Shown here piece after piece: positions 62,545 through 64,000 of a stretch of 64,000 nucleotides of DNA. A program made the translations under genes and the position numbers. This stretch comes from Squalus acanthias (taxonomy: Eukaryota): contig CM059429.1 of the NCBI GenBank assembly GCA_030390025.1, positions 54,746,001 through 54,810,000 of the forward strand, written 5' to 3'. The notes beneath the pieces were generated by a model. That model was not told where the DNA came from. It ran no database searches and saw only the letters and a list, made by a program, of their open reading frames with translations. Position 1 is the first letter of the stretch. The number at the start of each line of letters is the position of its first letter.

Positions 62545-62800
62545 GTGTCTAATTCTCAGCACCACACTTTAGGAAGGATGTCATGGTCTTGGAGAGTTTG
62601 CAGAGGAGATTTACCAGAATGATACCAGTGATGAGGTACCTCAGTTATGTGGAAAGGTTAGAGAAGCTGGTATTGTTCTCCTTAGAGCTGTGAAGGTTAT
62701 GGGGAGATTTAATAGAGGCGTTGAAATATTGAGGTATTTTGAAATTGTTTCTACTGCCAGGAGGTTCAGTAACCAGAGGACACAGATTTAAGTTATTAAG
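62545..62800 (+). mobile_element. CR1 3' fragment
   Basis: ccacactttaggaaggatgt, accagaggacacagattt. Confidence 0.7.
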
Positions 62801-63056
62801 ATCTGGGCCGCTCCCCGAGCAGTACATCTGGGACAGCAACTTCCTATTTTCCATGTTTAACTGCGCATGTGCGGTCGCGGAAGTTGCTGTTCGATTTACA
62901 TTTTAATAACGGTGAGTGCTGTTAGCTTCACCGTTACTTCTACAGCAAAATCCAGCCCAATAATCCCTTGCTGAAATTTTTGTCCCACTGTAAAGCACTT
63001 TGCATTTCTTGACCGTAAATTTCATCTGCCATTTGTCTGCCAATTCACAAATATGT

Positions 63057-64000
63057 TCAACAGAAAATGCTGGAAACACTCAGCAGGTCAGGCAGCATCG
63101 AGGAGAGAGAAACAGTCAACGTTTCAGGTCGAGGACCCTTCATCAGAACTGGAAAAGGTTAGAGAAGAGAGAATTTTAAGCAGGGGCAGGGAGGAGGGGA
63201 GGAAAGAACGAAGGGAAGGTCTGTGACAGGCTGGAAGGCAGGAGAGATTGACTGACAAAAGGGATGATGGTGCAAGGCATAAAGAGAGGTAATGGGACAA
63301 ATTAAGAAACAAAAGATGACTCTAGATGAGGTGTGAATGGCGATGGCAGAATCATTAACAGCTGCCATGTGAGAAGACAAGGGGAAATTTTTTAAAAAAA
63401 TATAGGGGCCGAGGTTATAGTCTGAAATTGTTGAACTCGATGTGAAGTCCAGAAAGCTGTAAAGTGCCGAATCGAAAGATGAGGTGCTGTTCCTCGAGCT
63501 TATGTTGAGCTTCGTTGGAACAGTGTAAGAGGCCGAGGATGGAGAGGTCAGAGTGGGAGTGGAGCGGAGAATTAAAGTTTCAGGCGACCGTAAGATCGGG
63601 GTCACGCTTGTGGACTGAACGGAGGTGTTCCGCAAAGCGGTCACCCAATCTGCGTTTGGTCTCCCCAATGTAGAGGAGAACGCATCGTGAGTAGCGAATA
63701 CAGTACACTAAATTGTAAGAAGTACAAGTAAATTGCTGTTTCACCTGGAAGGAGTGTTTGGGGCCCTGGACAGTGGGAAGGGAGGAGGTAAAAGGGTAGG
63801 TGTTGCATCTCCTGCGCTTGCACGGGAAGGTGCCGGGTGAAGGGGAAGGGGTGTTGGGGGTGATAGAGGAGTGGACCAGGGTGTCGCGGAGGGAGCGGTC
63901 CCTTCGGAATGCTGAAAGGGGGGGCTGCGGGGGGGAAGATGTGTTTGGTGGTGGGATCACGTTGGAGGTGGCGGAAATGGTGCAGGATGATCCGTTGAAT
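63057..64000 (-). mobile_element. Penelope-like element 3' part (runs off window end)
   Basis: highly similar to 45260-46120; LYIGETKRRLGDRFAEH. Confidence 0.93.
63113..63151 (-). ncRNA. minimal type I hammerhead ribozyme in second Penelope copy
   Basis: reverse strand CAGTT-CTGATGA-agGGTC-ctc-GACCt-GAAA-CGTT-GACTG. Confidence 0.75.

Overview
Eukaryotic DNA, very likely from a cartilaginous fish (shark/ray): it carries HE1-type V-SINEs, a SacSINE1-type Deu-SINE, abundant CR1 and L2 LINEs and Penelope elements. Positions 1-25 kb are a stack of nested transposons. These include a Gypsy LTR element with an apparently open single gag-pol ORF (- strand, runs off the window edge), an apparently complete PIF/Harbinger transposon (transposase plus three-exon Myb/SANT partner, TIRs, 3-bp TSD), and several generations of CR1/SINE insertions. 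Positions 27.7-36.4 kb are TE-poor, AT-rich and enhancer-like. Positions 36-64 kb mix decayed Harbingers, many MITEs, two Penelope copies that each carry a minimal hammerhead ribozyme, and two in-frame + strand exons of an unidentified host gene, so much of the window is probably intronic. The most notable observation is that the Gypsy element has no clear tRNA primer site. Instead, a 13-nt sequence next to the LTR is perfectly complementary to a sequence inside the LTR (self-priming or poly(A)-occlusion candidate), and its RT motif is YLDN. Coordinates of decayed repeats are approximate, and family names come from recognition, not database searches.
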